Shown here one piece after another: positions 45,704 to 54,143 of a stretch of DNA of 64,000 nucleotides (positions are counted from its first letter, which is position 1; every line of letters begins with the position of its first letter). The DNA is from an uncultured Pseudomonadota bacterium. GTDB lineage: Bacteria > Pseudomonadota > Alphaproteobacteria > RF32 > CAG-239. The notes under the pieces are model-generated. The model was not told where the DNA came from. It saw only the letters and a program-made list of their open reading frames with translations, and searched no databases. Where the stretch lies: positions 12,468-76,467 of the forward strand of contig CASGEB010000001.1 in the NCBI GenBank assembly GCA_949300375.1, in the 5' to 3' direction. Both the position numbers and the translations under genes were made by a program.

Positions 45704-46117
45704 ATGACTGAAGTTTTTATCTTAAAAAAACGCAAAGATTTTGTAAAAGTCGCCTCGCAAGGTCAAAAAATGGTATCATCTTCTTTGATTCTGCAGGCGG
45801 CTTTTCATATCCCTGCCGTAAAATCAATTTCCGGCGGCGCCGGTTTGGGATATACCGTAACAAAAAAAATCGGCAAAGCCCATGTCCGCAACCGGACAAA
45901 ACGCCGATTGCGCGCTGCTGCCCGGGAGATTTTTCCCCGCCATTCCCTGCCCGGCGTTTCTTATGTTCTGATCGGACGCCATAATACGGCATCCTGCAAT
46001 TTTGCCAAGCTCAAAGAAGAAATGGCTATCGCGCTGAAACGCGTTAATAAAATACTAAAAAAAGAGAAACCGGACAATGAAAAAACTCCTGGCTCTGCCG
46101 CTGATTCTGCTGATTAA
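45704..46117 (+). CDS. rnpA: Ribonuclease P protein component
   Basis: A basic 137-aa protein (ILKKRKDF.., [22 protein letters not shown]) in the rpmH-rnpA-yidD-yidC order. It overlaps yidD by 41 nt. Confidence 0.85.
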   Translation: MTEVFILKKRKDFVKVASQGQKMVSSSLILQAAFHIPAVKSISGGAGLGYTVTKKIGKAHVRNRTKRRLRAAAREIFPRHSLPGVSYVLIGRHNTASCNFAKLKEEMAIALKRVNKILKKEKPDNEKTPGSAADSAD

Positions 46118-46322
46118 GCTTTACCAATTTCTTATTTCCCCGCTTTTTCCCGGAGTTTGCCGCTATCGCCCGACCTGCTCGCAATATATGATTGAGGCTC
46201 TTCGGACTCACGGCGTCTTCAAAGGCCTGTGGCTCGGAATAAAAAGAATATTGAGGTGTCACCCTTGGGGCGGCAGCGGCTACGACCCGGTTCCGCCAAA
46301 AGAAAAACCGCATAATCATTGA
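46077..46322 (+). CDS. yidD: Membrane protein insertion efficiency factor YidD
   Basis: It carries YQ..ISP.....CRY.PTCSQY..EAL..HG and GSGYDPVP. Confidence 0.9.
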   Translation: MKKLLALPLILLIKLYQFLISPLFPGVCRYRPTCSQYMIEALRTHGVFKGLWLGIKRILRCHPWGGSGYDPVPPKEKPHNH

Positions 46323-46422
46323 TAATTGCTTGCTTTGCAGCAGAATATAGATTAAATATGTTATAAAATATTTTTTATTGCAAAAAACTGAAAGACAAAG
46401 TCAAAAGGAGCTGTTGCGCATT

Positions 46423-48105
46423 ATGAAAGAAGAAACCAGAGGTCTGTTCCTCGCCGTTATATTATCCGTTATTGCCATTTTCGTTACCAACTATCTGTTC
46501 CCGACAACGCCGGCAGCCCCGCAAAACAATGCGGAGCCGGAAATCATCGCAAATGAAAACCCGGCAAATTCACAAAACGAAGATAAAATCATAATTGATG
46601 AAAAGCCCCTGACCACGGCTGAAGCCATCGCCTCTGAAAAACGCATAAAATTTTCCAATGACGTCGTTCACGGCAGCATCCGCCTGAAAGGCGCCCGTTT
46701 TGATGAGCTTTATCTTTCCAAATACAAAGTCGGACTGGAAAAAGACAGTCCCGACGTCGAACTTTTATCCCCGGCACGGACTATTGAACCCTATTATGCA
46801 GAGTTCGGCTGGCTTTCCAATGACCGGAGTTTGAAATTGCCGGACAACACGACCGAATGGCTGGCCAAAACCAGGGAACTGACACCGGAAAAACCGCTTG
46901 TGTTGGAATATAACAACGGACAGGGTCTGCGTTTTATCCGCAAAATCAGCCTCGATAAAAACTATATGTTTAATATTGAACAGTCTGTTGAAAACAACAC
47001 CGGAAAAGAAATCACCCTTTATCCTTACGGGCTGATCAGCCGGACGATTGATGAAAACAAAAACGCTCAAAACGCTGTTGTCCACGAGGGAATGCTCGGC
47101 GTCATCGATTCATCGCTGAAAGAAATCAAATACTCATCATTAAAAAAGCAAGGAGAAAAGGAAGAATTCAAAACCAGCGGCGGCTGGGTCGGATTCGGCG
47201 ACCGTTACTGGTTCAGTTCGCTGGTCTTCGGCAACAATCAAAACGCCAAAGTCAAATTTGGCAAAACCGCGGACAATGTTTATCAGGTTGACTACCTCGG
47301 CGACGCTGCCAGCATCGCTCCGGGCTCCATCGGAACCCAGAATATTCGTTTTTATTCCGGTGCCAAAGAAATCAAACTGCTGGATAACTACACCAAAAAA
47401 TATAATATCGACAAATTCGATTTGGCAGTTGATTTTGGCTGGTACTACTTCCTGACCAAACCATTTTTCTACATTCTGGACTTTTTATATCATATTATCG
47501 GCAATATGGGATGGGCGATTTTGCTCTTTGCCGCCCTGCTTCGGCTGCTGATGTACCCGATTGCCAACAAATCTTACGAGAGTATGTCTAAAATGAAAAA
47601 AGTTCAGCCCAAAATGCTGGAAATTCAAGAAAGATATAAAGATGACAAGGTAAAAATGCAGCAGGAAGTTATGAATCTGTACCGCAAAGAAAAAATCAAC
47701 CCTGCTGCCGGATGCTTGCCGGTTCTTATCCAAATTCCGGTATTCTTCTCTCTGTACAAAGTGTTGAACATCTCTATCGAAATCCGCCACGCACCATTCA
47801 TCGGCTGGATTAAAGATCTTTCCGCGCCGGATCCTCTGACAATTTCGGTTTGGTCGCACCTTCCTGTTCCCGGAATCCTGGACATCGGCATTTGGCCGAT
47901 TTTGATGGGCGTCAGCATGTATATCCAGCAAAAACTGAATCCCGCACCGGCCAATAAAGACCAGGCGCGCGTTTTTGCTCTGCTGCCGCTAATCTTTACC
48001 TTTATGCTCGGACATTTTGCTTCAGGTTTAGTCATATACTGGACATTGAGCAATCTGCTTTCCATTATTCAGCAAAAAGCCATTATGCGCAAAGTCGGAG
48101 TCTGA
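46423..48105 (+). CDS. yidC: Membrane protein insertase YidC
   Basis: It has a large periplasmic domain and then the 60-kDa insertase core (YPIANKSYESMSKMKK.QP....IQE.YK.D). The start is the ATG at 46423, or TTG at 46378 in the ORF track. Confidence 0.93.
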   Translation: MKEETRGLFLAVILSVIAIFVTNYLFPTTPAAPQNNAEPEIIANENPANSQNEDKIIIDEKPLTTAEAIASEKRIKFSNDVVHGSIRLKGARFDELYLSKYKVGLEKDSPDVELLSPARTIEPYYAEFGWLSNDRSLKLPDNTTEWLAKTRELTPEKPLVLEYNNGQGLRFIRKISLDKNYMFNIEQSVENNTGKEITLYPYGLISRTIDENKNAQNAVVHEGMLGVIDSSLKEIKYSSLKKQGEKEEFKTSGGWVGFGDRYWFSSLVFGNNQNAKVKFGKTADNVYQVDYLGDAASIAPGSIGTQNIRFYSGAKEIKLLDNYTKKYNIDKFDLAVDFGWYYFLTKPFFYILDFLYHIIGNMGWAILLFAALLRLLMYPIANKSYESMSKMKKVQPKMLEIQERYKDDKVKMQQEVMNLYRKEKINPAAGCLPVLIQIPVFFSLYKVLNISIEIRHAPFIGWIKDLSAPDPLTISVWSHLPVPGILDIGIWPILMGVSMYIQQKLNPAPANKDQARVFALLPLIFTFMLGHFASGLVIYWTLSNLLSIIQQKAIMRKVGV

Positions 48106-48108
48106 TTT

Positions 48109-48753
48109 ATGGAAACAAAACCGGAAGAATTGAGTCCCGAACAAATAGAAGCCGGAAGAAAGCTTTTCTCCGGCCCCTGTACTTTTATGCTCAGCGCAGC
48201 CCGCTTAGACCAGCTTCCGGTTTCCGAGCTTGGCGAAATTGCCTTTGCCGGCCGTTCAAACGTTGGCAAATCGAGTTTGATTAATGCCCTGACCGGGAAA
48301 AAAAATCTGGCTAAAGCCTCTAACACGCCCGGCCGCACCCAACAACTGAACTATTTTAATCTTGGCAATCAACTGCTGATGGTAGATTTGCCGGGCTACG
48401 GCTTTGCCCAGGCGCCGGAAAATCTGGTCAGACAATGGCAGAAAATGATTTTTACCTATCTGCAGGGGCGGGTAAACCTGAAACGAGTTTTTCTGCTGAT
48501 AGATTCGCGCCACGGAATCAAAAAAGTCGATGAAGAAATTATGAAAATGCTTGATGCCGCAGCCGTTACTTACCAGATTGTCTTAACCAAAACAGATAAA
48601 ATTTCCGCCCGGGAACTGCAAAAAATCATTTCAGAGACCAACGAGAAAATAAAAAAACACGGCGCGGCTCATATCCGTCTCTTGGCAACCAGCTCCGAAA
48701 AAAAACAAGGGTTGGAAGAACTCCGGGCCGAGATTGCCGGCATCGCTCAATAA
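48109..48753 (+). CDS. engB: Ribosome biogenesis GTP-binding protein YihA/EngB
   Basis: G motifs [15 protein letters not shown] and TKTDK. It lies 3 nt after yidC. Confidence 0.9.
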   Translation: METKPEELSPEQIEAGRKLFSGPCTFMLSAARLDQLPVSELGEIAFAGRSNVGKSSLINALTGKKNLAKASNTPGRTQQLNYFNLGNQLLMVDLPGYGFAQAPENLVRQWQKMIFTYLQGRVNLKRVFLLIDSRHGIKKVDEEIMKMLDAAAVTYQIVLTKTDKISARELQKIISETNEKIKKHGAAHIRLLATSSEKKQGLEELRAEIAGIAQ

Positions 48754-48758
48754 TCCTG

Positions 48759-48787
48759 TTGACTAAAAAACCGTTTGAACATATATT
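48759..48787 (+). promoter_or_regulatory. Sigma70-like promoter upstream of a small hydrophobic ORF
   Basis: -35 ttgact (48759-48764), a 17-nt spacer and -10 tatatt (48782-48787). Confidence 0.4.
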
Positions 48788-48900
48788 GAAAATACAAAAT
48801 TTATTATTAACTTTAATTATAGTGCTTTTATGAAATAAAAACTTGCATACCGTTTTATTTATAAATTTTTCAAATTCATTAACCACTAAATAAAAATACT

Positions 48901-49035
48901 ATGCTTGAATTTTTAAGATCATTAAACGGCTGGCAGATTGCAGGATTAATCTGGGTCGGATTTACAGTGATTGTATATTTGCTGATGTGGTATGACGTAT
49001 ACAAATACCGCCACATTAACAAATATGATGATTAA
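48901..49035 (+). CDS. Possible 44-aa single-TM peptide
   Basis: MLEFLRSLNGWQIAGLIWVGFTVIVYLLMWYDVYKYRHINKYDD, translated by hand. No clear SD. It is bracketed by a promoter-like site and a strong terminator. Confidence 0.25.
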   Translation: MLEFLRSLNGWQIAGLIWVGFTVIVYLLMWYDVYKYRHINKYDD

Positions 49036-49036
49036 T

Positions 49037-49078
49037 AAAAAACAGGATTCCGGCTTAAAAACCGCAATCCTGTTTTTT
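49037..49078. terminator. Bidirectional hairpin terminator
   Basis: Stem aaaaaacaggatt/aatcctgtttttt with an inner cgg/ccg pairing, between convergent genes. Confidence 0.8.
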
Positions 49079-49775
49079 ATGCCATTTTTTTATAAAAATC
49101 TTTTCTTTCTCTTCGGCTCATTGACCACAAATTTCCCAATCCGTTTATCGGCTGAACTTCATATTTTGATTCAAAATCAAACCCCCGGCTCAAAAACAGA
49201 CTGGTTGTTTTGGTATAACAGTTCATTGGGCAAAAACCGTAAAAATCCACCTGAATCAACCCGGTTTTCCGAAGAACGGCTATTGCCTTTTGATACTCCT
49301 GGCTGGTATTAACCCTGTCGCTGTCATCAAGAATAATCATCCCGCCTTCAGCCAGCTTTTGCACCGCCGCCGCACAACATTCCGCACGTCTTTTACCGTC
49401 GACCACAATAACATCAAATAAATCTTCTTGCTCAAAAATGGCATTTTCATAAATCTCGCCCTCATCCCGCCAGCGAACCTCCAGGTTAGATTCCGTCATT
49501 TCTGCCTGCCATTTCTCAAACCATTTCGGATTATCTTCAATACTAATGACCTTTTCCGCTCTTGCTGCCCAAAAATGCGAGGAAGAACCGCAGCCGTACT
49601 CAAAAATCTTCCTGTTCCGATAATCAAACTGCGACAAATATTCAATCGCCGGAAAAGTGTACCAGGGAATCGGCTTTCCGTCCCGATCGGCACAAATTTT
49701 TTCATCAATAGATTTTTCCAAAGCAAAATCTTTCTGCAGCATTTCAATCGCTTTGGCAAACTTCTCGCTGTACAT
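49077..49775 (-). CDS. Putative class I SAM-dependent methyltransferase
   Basis: 232 aa with a Rossmann-type motif IFEYGCGSSSHFWA..KVISIEDN and a later VVDGKRR...GGMIILDD. The family assignment is tentative. Confidence 0.5.
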   Translation of the reverse strand: MYSEKFAKAIEMLQKDFALEKSIDEKICADRDGKPIPWYTFPAIEYLSQFDYRNRKIFEYGCGSSSHFWAARAEKVISIEDNPKWFEKWQAEMTESNLEVRWRDEGEIYENAIFEQEDLFDVIVVDGKRRAECCAAAVQKLAEGGMIILDDSDRVNTSQEYQKAIAVLRKTGLIQVDFYGFCPMNCYTKTTSLFLSRGFDFESKYEVQPINGLGNLWSMSRRERKDFYKKMA

Positions 49776-49857
49776 GGCTCTCTCCGTTGAAAAAACATTT
49801 ATGGCATATATATCATACTGGCATAAAAAGCCAACTTTTATTTACAGGAGAAACAAA

Positions 49858-50064
49858 ATGAACATTGTACGTCAAATCGCCTTAACTTTAACCATTATCG
49901 GCGGAATCAACTGGGGTCTGATCGGTTTCTTCGGATTTAATCTTGTTTCCTTCATCTTCGGAGAAACCGGTATTCTGACTCAGATTATTTATATGCTGGT
50001 CGGGATTTCGGCTGTTATTGCAATTCTGGACTTGCCTTATTTCCGCGCTAAAATAGAAGAATAA
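49858..50064 (+). CDS. DUF378-family small membrane protein
   Basis: 68 aa, with IGGINWGLIGFFGFNLV typical of DUF378. The SD acaggaga lies upstream. The ORF-track start at 49657 overlaps the divergent gene. Confidence 0.75.
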   Translation: MNIVRQIALTLTIIGGINWGLIGFFGFNLVSFIFGETGILTQIIYMLVGISAVIAILDLPYFRAKIEE

Positions 50065-50073
50065 AAAGGCAAA

Positions 50074-50104
50074 CCGCCGGGAAACTTTCCCGGCGGACTT
50101 TTTT
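50074..50104 (+). terminator. Rho-independent terminator after the DUF378 gene
   Basis: Stem ccgccggga/tcccggcgg followed by acttttttat. Confidence 0.85.
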
Positions 50105-50204
50105 ATACAATCAAAATCTTATCATTTTACAACCATTAACTGTTTTTAAATAAGCTCCTTTTTATACTGCAAACAACTTAACGCCTTTATAAAAGGAGAA
50201 ATTT

Positions 50205-51170
50205 ATGCCTCTGAGCAATTTCCGCCGCATTCTTATCCTCATATTTGTTCTTGTGCTTATTATCATAAATGCCAAATTGTACAACAAATATCATACATTT
50301 TTTTTCGAACCCCAACCGCTTTTCTGGTGCAGCAGCACTCTTCCCTTAGATAAATTGACCGACTGCATCAACAATCAATATAAAGATTCCCGTTACGCTA
50401 AAAAAAGCTCGGAATTACTTCAACAGAGGCCTTCAACAAAAGAAGCAATGTCCATATCGCCGATAACATTAACTAACACATATACGGAAATCTCCGACTT
50501 TAAAAATTTGAAAAAAGAAAACAACTTCGGCATCATCAACAACGGTTTTGCCGGCACTCTTACCCGCACGGATCAATATGAAAAATTAAAGCTGCATCTT
50601 CCCCAAACGGAATTTCCGTTTTTTTCACTGCAAAAAATCACCTTTCCTGATTCAAAAAATAAATGCCAGCCGGAAATTGAAAATATTTTATCACCGGTTG
50701 CCGTTTCTTACTGGAAATATCCTTTCTTCAGACCTATGTTCTCTTCTGATTTGCTCATTACTAAAAATCAAAAAGGCTACAAGCTCTACGCCGCCGGTTA
50801 CGAGGTCGTTCCGCTGAAAGACAAAAAAGGGTTCTTTACAGTCTCCATAATGAATTTCTGCCCGCAAAAAGACCGCTTTACTTACTGCGGTACCAATTAC
50901 ATCCGCTTTATCGATACCTATCCGCATTTCTCCGACACTATCAAACAGGCAGACATTCCGGAAAAATATAAAAAACAAAAAGACTTCTATGAAGGCTGCC
51001 CGCCTTATCCGCAAAAATTTGCAATATCCTCCGCCCCGGAGTACCCGGAACAAATTCTTTATCTGAGCGCTGACCGGAGAAAAAATCCGTCAAAACTCTA
51101 CGTTAAACTTTATAACAGAATTTTTGCCATCGACCTCCGAACAACAAACAAAAAAGGAAAAACAAAATGA
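50205..51170 (+). CDS. Hypothetical protein with an N-terminal membrane anchor
   Basis: 321 aa with an SD aaaggaga upstream and no recognisable motif. It overlaps the next ORF by 4 nt (ATGA). Confidence 0.45.
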   Translation: MPLSNFRRILILIFVLVLIIINAKLYNKYHTFFFEPQPLFWCSSTLPLDKLTDCINNQYKDSRYAKKSSELLQQRPSTKEAMSISPITLTNTYTEISDFKNLKKENNFGIINNGFAGTLTRTDQYEKLKLHLPQTEFPFFSLQKITFPDSKNKCQPEIENILSPVAVSYWKYPFFRPMFSSDLLITKNQKGYKLYAAGYEVVPLKDKKGFFTVSIMNFCPQKDRFTYCGTNYIRFIDTYPHFSDTIKQADIPEKYKKQKDFYEGCPPYPQKFAISSAPEYPEQILYLSADRRKNPSKLYVKLYNRIFAIDLRTTNKKGKTK

Positions 51171-52240
51171 CTGACATAACGCCCGAGGATTTTCTGCCCG
51201 AAAATTTTGAACAATTTCAAAACCGGATCCCCGGACTAAAAATCTCCGACCGATTAGCTGCCGGCAATCCGCTGAAAAAACTGTTACATCATATCGAAAA
51301 TAAACAAAACAACGGAATTCTTTTCAAATTAACATATCTTGCCTGGATTGCCTATCTGACACTTTTTGCCGGATCTGCCTTATATCAAAAACACCCTTCG
51401 GCACCGGCAATGATGATTATGTTATTTTCCGTATATACCTTTGCAGTCATTACTTGGAAAAAATCTCCGATTACCCCTTACTGCCTGCCTCAGATAACCT
51501 TATTTTTCAAAACTTATTCCGTAATAAACCGCGCCCTAAAACAAGCAAAAGAACAAAACACCGGCTCCAAAATCTCCTTCAGAAAAAAAATAAAACAAAC
51601 TTTTTTCAACAGGTTCTTCATCATTGCCAACATCGGAAGAATTGAACGGCTTTCCACGGAAGAAGAAAAGCGTCTTCTAAAAATCAGAAAATTTGTCGAC
51701 CAGGTATTCATTGACCGTTTTATCCTTTTTCTGGGATTTTTTGCTTACATAATTCTTTATTGTCAAAATGCACTTTATCTCAGCAATCCGGGAATAGACC
51801 ATAAAAACGCCATTATTAATTTCATAAACGACGTCTTCTTTGCCTCATCGTCCCTCAGCAGTCAGGCTTTTCTAAATTTTATGTTTCTCAACATTATTTG
51901 TATTATGTTTTTAATATACGGCGGAAACATTTTCGCCCCGTATCAGTGGCAAAAGATACGCAAATTCATAAAAAACAAGCCCTGCGGAAAATTCAAAAAA
52001 TTTATTTTCCGCCCGATAATAAAAATAATCTATTTCCTGTTGATGCTTTATATATTCATAACTTTATGCTATGGAATTCCGGTATTTTATTCGGATTTTG
52101 AACTTTCGGGAAAATGGATTCCCGTTCTGGCCGTTTTTGGAGCCTGTGCTATGTTCTTCCATTTTTCATCAATCGCCGCAATCACATTCATCCGGCAGCT
52201 GGCTTTATTTTTTAACCGTTTTTGCCGAAAAGAAAACTAA
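51167..52240 (+). CDS. Hypothetical polytopic membrane protein
   Basis: 357 aa with multiple hydrophobic helices. It is translationally coupled to the previous ORF. Confidence 0.45.
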   Translation: MTDITPEDFLPENFEQFQNRIPGLKISDRLAAGNPLKKLLHHIENKQNNGILFKLTYLAWIAYLTLFAGSALYQKHPSAPAMMIMLFSVYTFAVITWKKSPITPYCLPQITLFFKTYSVINRALKQAKEQNTGSKISFRKKIKQTFFNRFFIIANIGRIERLSTEEEKRLLKIRKFVDQVFIDRFILFLGFFAYIILYCQNALYLSNPGIDHKNAIINFINDVFFASSSLSSQAFLNFMFLNIICIMFLIYGGNIFAPYQWQKIRKFIKNKPCGKFKKFIFRPIIKIIYFLLMLYIFITLCYGIPVFYSDFELSGKWIPVLAVFGACAMFFHFSSIAAITFIRQLALFFNRFCRKEN

Positions 52241-52294
52241 AATCTTTTCTGCTGAAACATTAACGATATTTTACCTATACCGGGAACTAAAAGC

Positions 52295-53323
52295 CTAACG
52301 GATTAATCTTGCTGCTTTGGAAGATATCTGCATCAACGTATAACTGACAATCTCCTCAACCGGCATATTTGTCGTTTTACAATCCCGTTCACACTTATAC
52401 AAAAGCTCAATAACCCCGAGAACATTATTTTTATTCCAAATATTCAGCTGGCGCTTGAAACTTCCTTCGCGAAAGAAAATAATCCGCGGAACCAGCCGCC
52501 CCATCGCCCGTTCAATGCTGTCGCCGTTTTCCATATAAGACAACGCCGTCAGAATTTTATTAAAATGATAAGTCAGGGTTCGTACAATCGAAATCGGTTC
52601 ATTCCCTTCATTAATCATTTTCTGATAAGCCCGCAGCGCCTTTTCCTTATCTCCGCCGGCCGTAAAATAGCAGACATCATCGCTGCTGGATGCCGATGCG
52701 TCTGAAACAACCGCGCGAACATCATCGCTACCGACAGCTTTCTTATCCCCCATATAAGTTATCAGCTTTTCAATCTCGCCGAGATTTGTTTTACGGTCAT
52801 TGGAAAGGCGGGAACACAAAAGCTGCAAAGCCTCGTTATTAATACTGTAACCGTTTTCGCTCAATTTCCCGCGCACAGTGGAAAACACGTCTTCGTCCCG
52901 GTCATCGTAACAGGCAATCACGCCCATATCTTCCCGGGATTCTCCCAAGGCAACCAAAGAAGATTTTTTATTCAGACTGCCGGAAGAGATAATAATCAAA
53001 GTATCAGAAACCGAACCATCCAAAAGAATTTTTAAATGTTTGGTCAGATTATTATCGGCATCTTTGATAACAATCACACGCCGTCCGCCCATCAACGACT
53101 GGCTGGAATATTCCGCCGACAATGCACCGATGTCTGAAAGAATATCGGAACAATTAAAATACACCACCTGAAAAGGATCATAGATATCCGGACTGATGCT
53201 TTTGGTCAGATTTTTCACATACTCGGCCTGCAAACCTTCATTACTGCCATAAACCAGAAAACACTTTATCTGTTCATCGGGCTTTTTACAGAATTTCTCA
53301 ATTTGCGCCTGTTTATAAATCAC
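52295..53323 (-). CDS. holA: DNA polymerase III subunit delta
   Basis: 342 aa in the leuS-lptE-holA conserved order. The N-terminal pattern is ..FLVYGSNEGL... Confidence 0.8.
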   Translation of the reverse strand: MIYKQAQIEKFCKKPDEQIKCFLVYGSNEGLQAEYVKNLTKSISPDIYDPFQVVYFNCSDILSDIGALSAEYSSQSLMGGRRVIVIKDADNNLTKHLKILLDGSVSDTLIIISSGSLNKKSSLVALGESREDMGVIACYDDRDEDVFSTVRGKLSENGYSINNEALQLLCSRLSNDRKTNLGEIEKLITYMGDKKAVGSDDVRAVVSDASASSSDDVCYFTAGGDKEKALRAYQKMINEGNEPISIVRTLTYHFNKILTALSYMENGDSIERAMGRLVPRIIFFREGSFKRQLNIWNKNNVLGVIELLYKCERDCKTTNMPVEEIVSYTLMQISSKAARLIR

Positions 53324-53871
53324 TAATAGTTCCCCCGCATTCCCATTTCACGGTGAAAATAAGCGCCCAATCGCAAAACAATGTCATTTGCAATAATTTT
53401 TGCCGCATCGGATTGTGTTTTCTTTTGAGCCATAGTTGTTGAATAAGGATTCGCTAAAATATCATAACTCACAAAAGACACGCTGTCCCCTTTCACCAGC
53501 GTTTCATTGCTTGTTGTCGACACCAGTTCATATCTTACGGAATAACGAACACGTTCGCGTGTTGCCGTAATATCCCGGCGCAGCGCCTGCTGAATGATTT
53601 CTTTATCCTGAAGGGTCACAAACAGACGGTATTGCGGATTTTTAGGCATTCCTCTCGGCGTAATCAAATCCAAAAGTTCATTTCGAATTTCCTGACCGAA
53701 ACGGTCTGCAATCGGCTCAACTTTGACTTTAGCCATTTCAGATGTTACCGAAGTATCAAAATTTCCGCTGAAATACCAACCCGAAGAATCCTCTTTCTGC
53801 GCATACAAAGGCTCAAAGCCACAGGCTGATATACAAAATAACGCCAAAAAACCGCCGATTGCTTTTTTCAT
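53323..53871 (-). CDS. lptE: LPS-assembly lipoprotein LptE
   Basis: It has the lipobox ISACG and is about 180 aa. It sits between leuS and holA. Its stop overlaps the holA start by 1 nt. Confidence 0.7.
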   Translation of the reverse strand: MKKAIGGFLALFCISACGFEPLYAQKEDSSGWYFSGNFDTSVTSEMAKVKVEPIADRFGQEIRNELLDLITPRGMPKNPQYRLFVTLQDKEIIQQALRRDITATRERVRYSVRYELVSTTSNETLVKGDSVSFVSYDILANPYSTTMAQKKTQSDAAKIIANDIVLRLGAYFHREMGMRGNY

Positions 53872-54002
53872 ATTCGTCCTTTTATAAAAAATTCACTCAC
53901 AGCAAATTTAACCTCATTTCCGCCGCAAGTCCATAATTTTTTAACGGAAAAACCCCAAAATTACATTAATCCGAACGACAAAAAAGTTTTCCACTTCCAC
54001 CT

Positions 54003-54143
54003 CAGGCCGCTGTAAAAAACGCGGAGAATGAGGCTAGTAATAAGAAAAAAACTTTAAGGCGACAGGCGCGTACATAGACGTACGTAACTTAGCCTTAAAG
54101 TTTTTTTCTGTATTAATAGACCATTATACGCGTTTTTTACGCA
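54003..54143. repeat. Nested-palindrome element locus 3: compact A-type archetype (about 140 bp)
   Basis: The arms are gccgctgtaaaaaacgcggagaatgaggctagtaataagaaaaaaactttaaggc and gccttaaagtttttttctgtattaatagaccattatacgcgttttttacgcaac. The central stem is cgtac/gtacg. The right arm contains the last two codons and the stop of leuS. Confidence 0.85.

Noticed and set aside
54003-54143. Palindromic elements at gene 3' ends interpreted as integron attC (59-be) sites.
   Set aside because: There is no RYYYAAC / GTTRRRY core pair and no intI in the window. The flanking genes (leuS, fabG, hppA, lptG) are core housekeeping genes, not cassettes.
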